From assembly GCA_005222965.1 (NCBI GenBank), contig NJBG01000001.1, positions 435,061-499,060 of the forward strand: a stretch of DNA of 64,000 bases. The letters are read 5' to 3'. This DNA is from Candidatus Woesearchaeota archaeon B3_Woes. GTDB taxonomy: Archaea; Nanobdellota; Nanobdellia; Woesearchaeales; B3-WOES. Below, one piece after another: positions 9,829 to 18,858 of this stretch. Below the pieces are notes generated by a model, which searched no databases, had not been told where the DNA came from, and was given only the letters and a program-made list of their open reading frames with translations. The translations under genes were made by a program, and so were the position numbers. Each line of letters begins with the position of its first letter. Within the stretch, counting starts at the first letter, position 1.

Positions 9829-9938
9829 TGGACGGTCATAGCAGCCGGGTTCCACATGGTCTCATTTCGAACCCATAAGTTAAACCGGCTTACGTTCTTA
9901 GAAGTACTGCATTACGCGGGAACCTAAGAAAGCTGTCC
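9829..9938 (+). rRNA. rrf: 5S ribosomal RNA (stand-alone, not linked to 16S/23S in this window)
   Basis: GC-rich island in an AT-rich background. ggtctcatttcgaacccataagttaaaccggc matches the universal 5S loop B/C consensus (CCCATCCCGAACCCGGAAGTTAAGC). The 5' tggacgg pairs with the 3' ctgtcca to form the terminal helix I. Length is about 110 nt. Confidence 0.75.
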
Positions 9939-9942
9939 ATCT

Positions 9943-11055
9943 TTACTTTAATTCTAAAATAATCTTTTTGTCCTTAGAATTAACTTCTTTAATGATTTTA
10001 TGGTCTTTTAACTTTTCTTTAATTTCCTTCCAAGAGTGTTTTTTTGTTGCATTATTTATAGTTTCTAAAATTTCATTTATCAGTTTATGATTATTATATA
10101 TTTTTTCTGCTTTTTTCTCGTTTTCTTTTATGTTTTTTTCAACATCGTTTGTTTTTTCTTTTTGTTTTAATATAATCTTCTCTATTTTCCCTATCTTTTT
10201 CTCATAAATTTTTGTTTTTTCATCTTTAATTATAGAATTTAATGATTTGCTCATTACAAAATCAAGAGCAGAATTATAATTTTCAAATTTTTTACAATCA
10301 AGATTGTGATACAACTCCATAGGAAAAGGGATAATATCTAAAGGTTGTTTATTTTTATATATAATACAAGATTCTATTTTCTTTTCTATTAATTTTTTAA
10401 TTGATTTTATTATTAAATTTGTTTCTTTATCATCAGGTATCATTTTATTTTTATCAACACCAGATAACAAACAAACTTCTTCTGCATAAACTCCACCCAA
10501 CCCTATCTCGCTTGCTAATTTTTTAACCAATTGTTTTTTTATATTTAGTATTTCTTTTATTGTGCTTTTATCTAATTCAAAAAAATTAACTTTTTTTGGA
10601 GGTAAATTATATTTAACATTTGTCTTTAATTCTCTGTCTCTCCATTTGTGCCTCTTTAATAAACATAGGATCTTATTATCATTATCACACAAGATAATGT
10701 TTCCTTTATTAAACAATTCCACTATTAAATAATATTTTTCTTCTTTAGTTTCAAACAAAAACTTAATAATTCTCTCGGAATTAACCTGAGTAATTTGTTT
10801 TAATCTTGAATTTATCAAATATTTCCTTAGTGTCATACAAAAACCACTTGGTTTTATGGCAGATTTTTTTTCATTTGTTAAATAAATGAGATTAGGCAAA
10901 ATTCTCAATATCCTTTTTCCTTTTCCTTGAACAAAAAACCGCATTACTAACTCTTCTTTTTCTGGATTTGTAATAGAATCAACTTTAGAGTCAATTAAAC
11001 ATTGAAATTCCTTAATCAAATATCTTATTTCCAATGAACTTATTTCTTTCTTCAT
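9943..11055 (-). CDS. NFACT-N domain protein (Rqc2/Tae2/FbpA-like N-terminal module only; no NFACT-R/DUF814 part)
   Basis: N-terminus MKKEISSLEIRYLIKEF...KVDSI matches the conserved start of COG1293/NFACT proteins. HhH-like GLGGVYAEEVCLLSGV. The C-terminal half is K/E-rich coiled coil. Only 370 aa, versus more than 600 aa for full-length family members. Confidence 0.5.
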   Translation of the reverse strand: MKKEISSLEIRYLIKEFQCLIDSKVDSITNPEKEELVMRFFVQGKGKRILRILPNLIYLTNEKKSAIKPSGFCMTLRKYLINSRLKQITQVNSERIIKFLFETKEEKYYLIVELFNKGNIILCDNDNKILCLLKRHKWRDRELKTNVKYNLPPKKVNFFELDKSTIKEILNIKKQLVKKLASEIGLGGVYAEEVCLLSGVDKNKMIPDDKETNLIIKSIKKLIEKKIESCIIYKNKQPLDIIPFPMELYHNLDCKKFENYNSALDFVMSKSLNSIIKDEKTKIYEKKIGKIEKIILKQKEKTNDVEKNIKENEKKAEKIYNNHKLINEILETINNATKKHSWKEIKEKLKDHKIIKEVNSKDKKIILELK

Positions 11056-11519
11056 TTTATCCTAATATTTTTCACGTTAACTTTTTTACTAGTATCTACT
11101 TTAAGAACTTTATGTTTGTTCTCTTTTGCTTCATTTAAACAAATATCAAATATTTCACAATCCAAATTTTCTCTTATTTTAGATTTATTATATTTTCTCT
11201 TTTTTAATCTTTTTTCTAATGTTTTCAAATTACATTTGGTTATTATACATAAATCAACATATTTTTTAGGTAAATAATGGCTCAAATGACTATCTATCAC
11301 TAAATTTTTCTTAGTTTGAACCAATTTAATTAACAATTTGTTTAATTTTTTAACATCAACAACATAACATCTTTTCTTTCTGTCATATTTTTCGTCTAAT
11401 TTATTGTCTTTTATTAATTTATTGACATCAATATATTCATAAATGAACTGTTTTGACAATTTTTTAGCTAAAGTTGTCTTACCAGTACAAGGTGTTCCTG
11501 AAATGCAAATAACAGTCAT
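11052..11519 (-). CDS. Adenylate kinase-like NTPase (Fap7/AK6-like P-loop kinase)
   Basis: Walker A in ISGTPCTGKTTLAKKL. 155 aa, like archaeal Fap7 homologs. Overlaps the upstream gene by 4 nt. Confidence 0.55.
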   Translation of the reverse strand: MTVICISGTPCTGKTTLAKKLSKQFIYEYIDVNKLIKDNKLDEKYDRKKRCYVVDVKKLNKLLIKLVQTKKNLVIDSHLSHYLPKKYVDLCIITKCNLKTLEKRLKKRKYNKSKIRENLDCEIFDICLNEAKENKHKVLKVDTSKKVNVKNIRIK

Positions 11520-11592
11520 AGTTTTACACTTATTTGGAAATTATATAAAACTAACGAAAAAATTATATATCTCTTTTGATTAGTATAAATTT

Positions 11593-11991
11593 ATGCTACA
11601 AGAAATTTCTCTATCAACGTCAAAAAAACAAGAATTCGTTGACATAACATTAGATATAAATAATATTGTGAAAAAATCCAAGATTAAGGAGGGAATTTGT
11701 GTTGTTTACTGTCCACATACAACCACAGGAATAACAATCAATGAAAATGCAGACCCTTCTGTAAAAAAAGACATGATAAAAAAACTATCTCAACTTGTTC
11801 CAGAAAATGATGGTTATTCTCATACCGAAGGTAATTCAGATGCCCATATAAACTCTTCAATATTAGGTAATGAAAAATCAATAATTATTAAGAATAATGA
11901 ACTAATCCTAGGAACATGGCAAGGAATACTATTTTTTGAAGGAGATGGACCAAGAAAAAGAAGAGTATTAGTAAAAATAATTAAATCTTAA
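11593..11991 (+). CDS. YjbQ/UPF0047 family protein (secondary thiamine-phosphate synthase-like)
   Basis: CPHTTTGITINENADPSV...GNSDAHINSSILG...LGTWQGILFFEGDGPRKRRV matches the UPF0047 signature. Confidence 0.7.
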   Translation: MLQEISLSTSKKQEFVDITLDINNIVKKSKIKEGICVVYCPHTTTGITINENADPSVKKDMIKKLSQLVPENDGYSHTEGNSDAHINSSILGNEKSIIIKNNELILGTWQGILFFEGDGPRKRRVLVKIIKS

Positions 11992-11992
11992 A

Positions 11993-12448
11993 ATGGCTTT
12001 ATGCGATATGTGTGGAAAAGAAACAAGATTAAGAGCAGCACTAATCGAAGGAACTGAACTAAATGTTTGTGAAAAATGTGGTAAGTTTGGAAAAACAATA
12101 AGGAAAAATAATTATATTCATCAAACAAAAAAAACAAGAATAAAAGAGAAAGAAATCGAAGAGGAAGTCATAGAGAGAATTGTTAAAGATTATGGTAATT
12201 TGATTAAAGATGCTAGAGAAAAAATAAACCTAAAACAAGAGGATTTTGCTAAAAAAATAAACGAAAAGGTTTCATTAATACACAATATAGAATCAGGACA
12301 CCATGAACCAAATATTAAATTAGCACAAAAAATAGAGAAATTTCTAAAAATTAAATTAATTGAAGAGGGAAAATTAGAAAAAACAGAATTAAAAACAACC
12401 AAATCAGAAACATTAACAATTGGGGACTTGATTAAACTAAAAAAATAG
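11993..12448 (+). CDS. Archaeal multiprotein-bridging factor 1 (aMBF1): N-terminal Zn ribbon plus C-terminal XRE-type HTH
   Basis: CDMCGKE...CEKCGKFG is a C4 zinc ribbon. The HTH (LKQEDFAKKINEKVSLIHNIESG) is typical of aMBF1. Confidence 0.75.
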   Translation: MALCDMCGKETRLRAALIEGTELNVCEKCGKFGKTIRKNNYIHQTKKTRIKEKEIEEEVIERIVKDYGNLIKDAREKINLKQEDFAKKINEKVSLIHNIESGHHEPNIKLAQKIEKFLKIKLIEEGKLEKTELKTTKSETLTIGDLIKLKK

Positions 12449-12450
12449 AA

Positions 12451-13149
12451 TTATTTTACACACAGCTCTGGTTTTTCTTTATAATTTTTACATATTTCTT
12501 GAATTAAATCATCTTTGCCAATTAATTTGTCAAAAACAGAATCTTCTATAACTACAGAAGGTATTTTCGTAATATTATATGTTTGTTTTAATACCCCTAC
12601 CATGGGTTCGTTTCTGAAATCAGCATCTAAAGAAAATACCAAAAGCCTATCTTTTAATTTTTCTTTTAAATAGCTTAATACAGTTGATTGAGCACCACAC
12701 TCCACACATTCTTCATTCGAATAAAAATACAATACAGAGACATGTTCTGCTTGACAATTTTCCTTAATCTTTTGATTTAGTAACCAATACCTTATTTGAG
12801 CCAAAAGATATCCTCTTTTAAGCTCTGTATAGCTTTTTTTGCTTGTTTCTTGTATGTAAAAATCAACTTTTGATTGGGCCTTTCCTACATCATTTAAACT
12901 TGTTTCAAGAATTTTATTAAAAATATGGCAACTTACATTAGTTGCACTTAAATCTAAATAAAGTGATTGTAATTGTAAGCTTTCATAATCTATTTTTTGT
13001 TTATAAGATATTTCTTCTAAGTAGTCTGTTCTCTCTGCTGTTAAAGTGTATCCTACTAAGATGCCTATTAAAAAAATAAAAGAAGTTAATATTAAAGATA
13101 AAGCAAATCTCCTTTTGCTTATTACTCTCTCATAAGTCCCTTTTACCAT
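12451..13149 (-). CDS. Membrane-anchored thioredoxin-like (CxxC) protein, function unknown
   Basis: N-terminal TM (LSLILTSFIFLIGILVGYTL). C-terminal domain with a CVEC motif (SNEECVECGAQ) and alternating beta/alpha character. Last gene of the GT operon. Confidence 0.3.
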   Translation of the reverse strand: MVKGTYERVISKRRFALSLILTSFIFLIGILVGYTLTAERTDYLEEISYKQKIDYESLQLQSLYLDLSATNVSCHIFNKILETSLNDVGKAQSKVDFYIQETSKKSYTELKRGYLLAQIRYWLLNQKIKENCQAEHVSVLYFYSNEECVECGAQSTVLSYLKEKLKDRLLVFSLDADFRNEPMVGVLKQTYNITKIPSVVIEDSVFDKLIGKDDLIQEICKNYKEKPELCVK

Positions 13150-14384
13150 CTTTGTATTTTGCCTCTGATTAAATCAAATATAACTCCAATCCATATAACA
13201 CCAATCATAAAGGGGTAAAGGATAATATAAAAGAATATTGGTTTTTTATTGTGTCTTACTCTTTCGCCAGCTTTATGATGTGCTAAAACTAAAAATATTA
13301 AACCCAAGAATAAGATAACTAAACCATAAAACATGGGGGTAAAATTAAGATTAAGGATCGTATAATCTTTCACCCCTTTAGTAAACAAAGGGATAAAGTC
13401 GAAGTTTATATGGCTCAAATCATAAATTTTATCTATCAGGGGTTTTAGTAATTTCCAAAAAACCACTATTAAAAACAAAGTAACAGATATAAAAGCCGAT
13501 ATAAAAACCATAGGCATTTGTAAAACACCAAAATCTCCATAAGATCTGTTAAAAATCAATCTTCTATATTTAAAAATATTTATCAGACTTCCCTTGTACC
13601 ATCTATTTCTTTGTTTATAAAACTCTAAAAATGTACCGGGTGCTTTTGTAAGGATAGATGTTTCAAGGGTTTGAATAATTTCAAAATTTGCTTTTTGTAT
13701 CCTAATAGCGATTTCCAAATCCTCTACAAGGTTCTTTTCATCAAATCCCCCTAATCCAACAAGCACATCCTTTCTATAAACAGAAAAAGGTCCTGGTGTA
13801 ACATGTACACAATTTAAACGACTCATGACTCTTTTATAATAAAAATTAATTAAATATTCACAATGTTGTATTTGTCTCACAAGAGTTGATTTATGTTGTA
13901 CTTCAATAACAGGCAAAACAGCTGCAATATTTTTTTTATAAAAATGAGGGAGCAAAACCTGGAGCGCTTCTTTTTTAACAATAGAATCGGCATCTAAAGG
14001 CACAAAAAACTCTCCTTTAGCTCTTCTTAGAGCATTATTCATAGCAACGCCTTTTCCTTGATTTTTTTGGTTGATTAAAGTAATATTTCTATTTTTGTTT
14101 TCTTTAATTAGTTTTTCAACAACTTTTTTGGTGTTGTCCTTGCTTCCATCATTGACAACAATTATTTCTATTTTTTCTCTTGGATAATCCAAATCAATAA
14201 CAGATTGGATTGTTTCTTTTATATTTGATTCTTCATTATAAGCAGGCACACAAATAGTAACAAAAGGGAATTTCTTTAGTTTTCTTGGAGCCAACCTAAT
14301 TCCCTTTTCATATAATGTTAACAACCAAAAGATTACAAGATATAAAGAAATAAAATACGCTATAAGTATTATTGCTTTAATCAT
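13143..14384 (-). CDS. Processive family-2 glycosyltransferase (cellulose/chitin/hyaluronan synthase-like, membrane-integrated)
   Basis: N-terminal TM. GT-A motifs ICVPAYNEE, VVNDGSKDNT and DAD (PLDADSIV). Q(R)xRW motif in KQRNRWYKGS. C-terminal TM helices. Confidence 0.75.
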   Translation of the reverse strand: MIKAIILIAYFISLYLVIFWLLTLYEKGIRLAPRKLKKFPFVTICVPAYNEESNIKETIQSVIDLDYPREKIEIIVVNDGSKDNTKKVVEKLIKENKNRNITLINQKNQGKGVAMNNALRRAKGEFFVPLDADSIVKKEALQVLLPHFYKKNIAAVLPVIEVQHKSTLVRQIQHCEYLINFYYKRVMSRLNCVHVTPGPFSVYRKDVLVGLGGFDEKNLVEDLEIAIRIQKANFEIIQTLETSILTKAPGTFLEFYKQRNRWYKGSLINIFKYRRLIFNRSYGDFGVLQMPMVFISAFISVTLFLIVVFWKLLKPLIDKIYDLSHINFDFIPLFTKGVKDYTILNLNFTPMFYGLVILFLGLIFLVLAHHKAGERVRHNKKPIFFYIILYPFMIGVIWIGVIFDLIRGKIQRW

Positions 14385-14387
14385 TTT

Positions 14388-15842
14388 TTACCAAATGTTT
14401 TTCCATATTTCTACTTCGTTTTTGTAATACACACTTTTAAATGTTTGGTTATTTCTAAAAGCATACCATAATCCTTCTTTTTTGTCCCATATTTGACCCT
14501 TTTTCATCTTCTTATCAATAAATATGTATTTAACATTATATTTATTCATTAGTTTGCCTATTATTTCTGTATTTCTTGAATATAAGATGGTATTCGAATC
14601 TTCTAATTTTTGTTTCGCATTATTATAATTAAATAAACCATCTGTTATAACAGGCCTATCTGCCAAGTATTCAATCCAAAATCCTTTGCTATAATGTGAA
14701 AAAACAACATCCTCACTATCAGAATTATCATTTAACCATTCTAATGCTTTTTGTATATCTTCATCAGGTTCAGATACAGAAACTCTTCCAATATAAGAGA
14801 TAGATGAAAACAATAAACCATAGATTAAAAATAATAAAGTGAGTTTTTTTAAAGGTTTTATTTCCCATTTCCCTTTCACAATATATGCAAAAGCAATTCC
14901 TGCAAAAATAGAGAAAATAAAGTTAAGATAAATCATAGCATAATTAAAATGATAGCTAATAAATAATAAAAGCAACATTAAAATATAACTATTTTTCAAT
15001 TTCTGTTTATGCTTCCATGTAAAAGTTATTCCAACAATACCTAAAATTAATGTGAAAATACTTATCCCAACTTCTCCTCCTAAATCAGAAATAAAATCAG
15101 TTATTGTATTCCTTCCAACTAATTCTGTTTTAGAAGCAAAACCTCCATAAAAATAAAGAGGGGCATAATAAATCAATGCTAGAATTAATACAAAGGCCAA
15201 AATAATGTGGGCCTCTCTTTTTTTTGGAACTCCTATTTCTAGTAAAAATAAGAATAAAAATATGATTACAATAACATTAAGTAAATTAAAGATTGTTGCA
15301 ATTAAAAAAACTAACAAAGAATATATAAATAATTTATCAGATTTCAAAAAAAGGTATGTACCTAACAATAATAACATTATAGATATACAAAATTCATTTG
15401 AAGTACCAAATGTAAATATAAAAGCAGGAGATAGCAACAATACAACAAAAGTAAAAAATCTTTGATAAAGATTTATTTTCAATTTTTTAAGTATCAAATA
15501 AAAAAAGATTACTGAAAATAAACCAGTTATTAGTGATATAGCTATTAATGAATTTTCTGGTGTAAAAAAATAGAACAAAGAAGCCAGAACAATATGATAT
15601 GGTTTTGCAACATAATCTCTCCCATCAATTACTAGGTTATCTCTAAACTTTAATCCTTCTTCTAAAACTGTTTCAGATATTCTCATATCATAATATGATT
15701 TTTCTCCTAAAATAATGGGTCTTTCAGAAAGAACTCTTAGAACAGGAACAACAAGTGATGTCATTAATGTTAACAAAACAATGAATATCCACACATTTCT
15801 TGTTATAATATATTTTTTTATCATTTTTCTTCTATAACACAT
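14388..15842 (-). CDS. GT-C fold membrane glycosyltransferase (ArnT/PMT/STT3-like), paralog of the next gene
   Basis: About 11 predicted TM helices followed by a soluble C-terminal domain. The C-terminal domain resembles that of the 15821-17311 product (…LNDNSDSEDVVFS…YNVKYIFID versus …INENTGEKEVILS…YNIKYIYFS). Confidence 0.5.
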   Translation of the reverse strand: MCYRRKMIKKYIITRNVWIFIVLLTLMTSLVVPVLRVLSERPIILGEKSYYDMRISETVLEEGLKFRDNLVIDGRDYVAKPYHIVLASLFYFFTPENSLIAISLITGLFSVIFFYLILKKLKINLYQRFFTFVVLLLSPAFIFTFGTSNEFCISIMLLLLGTYLFLKSDKLFIYSLLVFLIATIFNLLNVIVIIFLFLFLLEIGVPKKREAHIILAFVLILALIYYAPLYFYGGFASKTELVGRNTITDFISDLGGEVGISIFTLILGIVGITFTWKHKQKLKNSYILMLLLLFISYHFNYAMIYLNFIFSIFAGIAFAYIVKGKWEIKPLKKLTLLFLIYGLLFSSISYIGRVSVSEPDEDIQKALEWLNDNSDSEDVVFSHYSKGFWIEYLADRPVITDGLFNYNNAKQKLEDSNTILYSRNTEIIGKLMNKYNVKYIFIDKKMKKGQIWDKKEGLWYAFRNNQTFKSVYYKNEVEIWKNIW

Positions 15843-17311
15843 AATGTTTTGTATATTTCCACATCTTTATTGATAAATACTCTTTCAAAACAATTTTCTT
15901 CTATATAAAATAATTTATCTATTTTATATTCTTCTTTTGCTCTCTTTGAAAAATAAATATACTTTATGTTATATTCGTTCAACAATCTTATTGCTTGTGT
16001 TTCGGAGGTTGTTCGATACATTTTATATACGTTTTCTACTCTTTGGTCTATGTCTTCTACAAACATAAAATTAGAATCAATAAAATTTCTTCTTTTTGCA
16101 ATTGTTGTTATCAAATGACCTTCACTTATAGTTGATAAGATCACCTCTTTCTCGCCTGTGTTCTCGTTTATCCAATTCAGCGCCTCTATCTCTTGATCAG
16201 AATATGATTGTTTTATTTTATTTGCAGCTAAAACCAAGGAAGGTATAACTGAGCTTATTAAGATTAATAAGAACAAAGATAGCGTAATTGTAAGTTTTAT
16301 TTTTTTGTTTCTTGTAAATTTGTACAAAGAAGGATATATTTTTGCAAATAAAAAAGACATCACAAAACCAACAAATATCAAAGCCAAATTTAATTCTATT
16401 AATCTTAACCACATCAAAAAGCTTACAACAATTGCAAAGCTTATTAACAGGTATATTTTTTTGTCTTTTTTTTCAAAGATATATTTATATATAGTATATA
16501 ATCCAAAAGCAAAAGGTAAAATCCCTATTAAATATATTGCTGTTAATATATTTACATCAATAAAATAGTTTTTTAATAATTCTTTTGGGATATTTTGCCA
16601 TAAAATAACAAAACCATGATTCAAAAATACATTCTTAAAAGATACAAATAAAGTCCATACTATTAAAAATGTTGAAAATAATATTGATTCTACTTCTATT
16701 TTAGAGCTTTTAATTTTTTCTAGGAAAAGGAATAGTAAATATATCAACAAAGCAAAAACAAGAAAAATTACAGAAGGTGTTGTGATTCTCAATATCAATA
16801 AAGAAGTTATAAAATAAGCAATATATCTTTTTTCTTTATTTATAATTCTAATCATACAATACAATGCAAAAAACAAAATAGGTAATACGAAAGAATAAAT
16901 GGATATGCTGTTTAATGTTTCAGCAAAAAATATTGGCATAAACCCCGCGATTAAAGCTGTAAAGAATTTGGTTGTTTTATCTTTTGTCAATTGCTCAGCA
17001 ATCAAATAAGCAAGAATAACCATCAAAGAAGCAAATAAATTAGGAAAAAATTTTCCTACAAAATCTATTGGAAATATAAAGTTTAGAGCAGCAAGAGTAT
17101 AATAAAATAAAGGAGGAAGATATAATGTTTTCCCACCATAACTTAAGTCATCTTTGGTCATTGGTAAAAAAGTTTCTTTTATATGTTCTACCTGTCTTAT
17201 GTTATAATACGCTTCATCAGAACTAAATGTTTGTGTTTGAAATGCAAAAAAAAGTCTTGTTCCTAGAACAATAAAAAAGATGATTCCTAAGATGATATAT
17301 TCTTTTTTCAT
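15821..17311 (-). CDS. GT-C fold membrane glycosyltransferase, ArnT/PMT_2-like (lipid-linked sugar to protein/lipid transferase)
   Basis: First extracytoplasmic loop has SDEAYYNIRQ, like the DE(G/A)RY(A)E motif of ArnT/PMT_2 family enzymes. More than 10 TM helices plus a C-terminal soluble domain. Confidence 0.55.
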   Translation of the reverse strand: MKKEYIILGIIFFIVLGTRLFFAFQTQTFSSDEAYYNIRQVEHIKETFLPMTKDDLSYGGKTLYLPPLFYYTLAALNFIFPIDFVGKFFPNLFASLMVILAYLIAEQLTKDKTTKFFTALIAGFMPIFFAETLNSISIYSFVLPILFFALYCMIRIINKEKRYIAYFITSLLILRITTPSVIFLVFALLIYLLFLFLEKIKSSKIEVESILFSTFLIVWTLFVSFKNVFLNHGFVILWQNIPKELLKNYFIDVNILTAIYLIGILPFAFGLYTIYKYIFEKKDKKIYLLISFAIVVSFLMWLRLIELNLALIFVGFVMSFLFAKIYPSLYKFTRNKKIKLTITLSLFLLILISSVIPSLVLAANKIKQSYSDQEIEALNWINENTGEKEVILSTISEGHLITTIAKRRNFIDSNFMFVEDIDQRVENVYKMYRTTSETQAIRLLNEYNIKYIYFSKRAKEEYKIDKLFYIEENCFERVFINKDVEIYKTLCVIEEK

Positions 17312-17392
17312 TAATAAAAGATTATGTTCAGAATTTAAATATTTACTTGTTTTTTAGCAACTTTTATTAAAATAAACATAATTCTCTCTTTT

Positions 17393-18091
17393 ATGAGGGT
17401 ACCAACTGGGTCTAAAATACTGGACAAGATGCTTGAAGGGGGGTATGAAAAAGATGTTATTACAACAATCTATGGACCAGCAGGTTCAGGAAAAACAGTT
17501 TTAGCTATGCTTTGTAGCATAAATATGGCCAGAACAGGCAAAAAAATAATATATATTGATACAGAAAACTCTTTTTCAATAGAAAGGTTGAAACAAATTG
17601 CTCCTGATTATAAAAAAATACTTGATAATATTGTTTTTTTAAAACCAATTTCTTTTGAAGAGCAAAAAAAAGATTTTGAAAAATTAAAAGATTTAGTAAA
17701 TGATAAGATTGGCTTAATTGTAGTAGATACAATAGCTATGTTATATAGACTAGAATTGGGCCAAAACGAGGAAGTCTATGACGTCAATAGAACATTAGGC
17801 AAACAAATCTCTTTTTTATCTGAAATTGCTCGTAAAAAAAACATTCCTATTTTGATTACTAACCAGGTTTATTCAAATTTTGAGGACAAAGGAAAGGTAA
17901 ATATTGTAGGAGGAGATATATTAAAATATGGAAGCAAATGCTTGATTGAGCTTCAAATAACTCCTCAAAACAATAGAAGAGTTATACTAAAAAAACACAG
18001 ATCACTTTCTCAAGAAAAGAGTATTTATCTAAAGATTGTTCAAACAGGGATAATAGGAACAAGAGAAGAAAGGGGATTTAAATTATTTTAA
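17393..18091 (+). CDS. radB: RadB (short archaeal RecA/Rad51 paralog)
   Basis: 232 aa, with no N-terminal HhH domain. Walker A YGPAGSGKTVLAM and Walker B IGLIVVDTIA. Confidence 0.75.
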   Translation: MRVPTGSKILDKMLEGGYEKDVITTIYGPAGSGKTVLAMLCSINMARTGKKIIYIDTENSFSIERLKQIAPDYKKILDNIVFLKPISFEEQKKDFEKLKDLVNDKIGLIVVDTIAMLYRLELGQNEEVYDVNRTLGKQISFLSEIARKKNIPILITNQVYSNFEDKGKVNIVGGDILKYGSKCLIELQITPQNNRRVILKKHRSLSQEKSIYLKIVQTGIIGTREERGFKLF

Positions 18092-18092
18092 T

Positions 18093-18695
18093 TTATTCCT
18101 CTGTAAAATCTTCAATCTTTTCTTTCATATCTTCTGGTTTTTTAATTAACCCTTTTTTAGTCAAATAGCCACTTGCTAATATCCAGAAAAACAAACCTAA
18201 AGATTTCTTTCCTTTATTATTACATGGAACAACTAAATCAATATTATTTGATTGATTGTTTGTATCACACAAAGCAATAATGGGGATTCCTATTTTTATT
18301 GAATCTTCTATTACATTTCTATCTGGCCAAGGGTCAGTTACTAAGACTACTTTTGGTTCAATAAAATTATCTAACATAGTATTAGTCAATACTCCAGGAG
18401 GATATCTTCCTGCAAAAAAATTACAACCAATTACTTTCCCAAAGGTTTTTACAGATTTCCATGCATTCTCCCTTCTACTAATAACCAAAATATCTTCTGG
18501 CTCAAACTGTGACAATAGATTTATTGCTGTTTTTATTCTCTCATCTATTTTTTGTAGATTTAAAACAGATAATCCATCGGGTCTTGTTTTATATATGAAT
18601 TTAGACATGTATTTTGTCTTAAATTTTGTACCAATATGTATACCTGCCTTTAGATAAGTATCTTGTGCAACTAAAAATTGTTGTTCTTTTGCCAT
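18093..18695 (-). CDS. rps2: 30S ribosomal protein S2 (uS2)
   Basis: LKAGIHIGTKFKT..., GLSVLNLQKIDERIKTA and LVTDPWPDRNVIEDSIKIGIPIIALCDTNN are canonical uS2 blocks. 200 aa. Confidence 0.8.
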   Translation of the reverse strand: MAKEQQFLVAQDTYLKAGIHIGTKFKTKYMSKFIYKTRPDGLSVLNLQKIDERIKTAINLLSQFEPEDILVISRRENAWKSVKTFGKVIGCNFFAGRYPPGVLTNTMLDNFIEPKVVLVTDPWPDRNVIEDSIKIGIPIIALCDTNNQSNNIDLVVPCNNKGKKSLGLFFWILASGYLTKKGLIKKPEDMKEKIEDFTEE

Positions 18696-18858
18696 TCTTA
18701 TTTAACCTCATTATTTTGTTTACCTTTTTTATAACCTCAGGTAACTATGTATATATCTTTTAGCCAAGATAAATACGTCGGTAATATTCAACATAAATTA
18801 AGTTCTATTTAAAAAGCTTTTGGTAAAAAGGTAATATAAAAAATAAAAGAAAAAGATA

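Noticed and set aside
14388-17311. Calling the two GT-C proteins AglB/STT3 oligosaccharyltransferases
   Set aside because: No WWDYG, DK/MI or DxD loop motifs of STT3/AglB were recognised, and the proteins are shorter (484-496 aa) than typical AglB. The loop-1 DEAYY motif fits the ArnT/PMT_2 family better.
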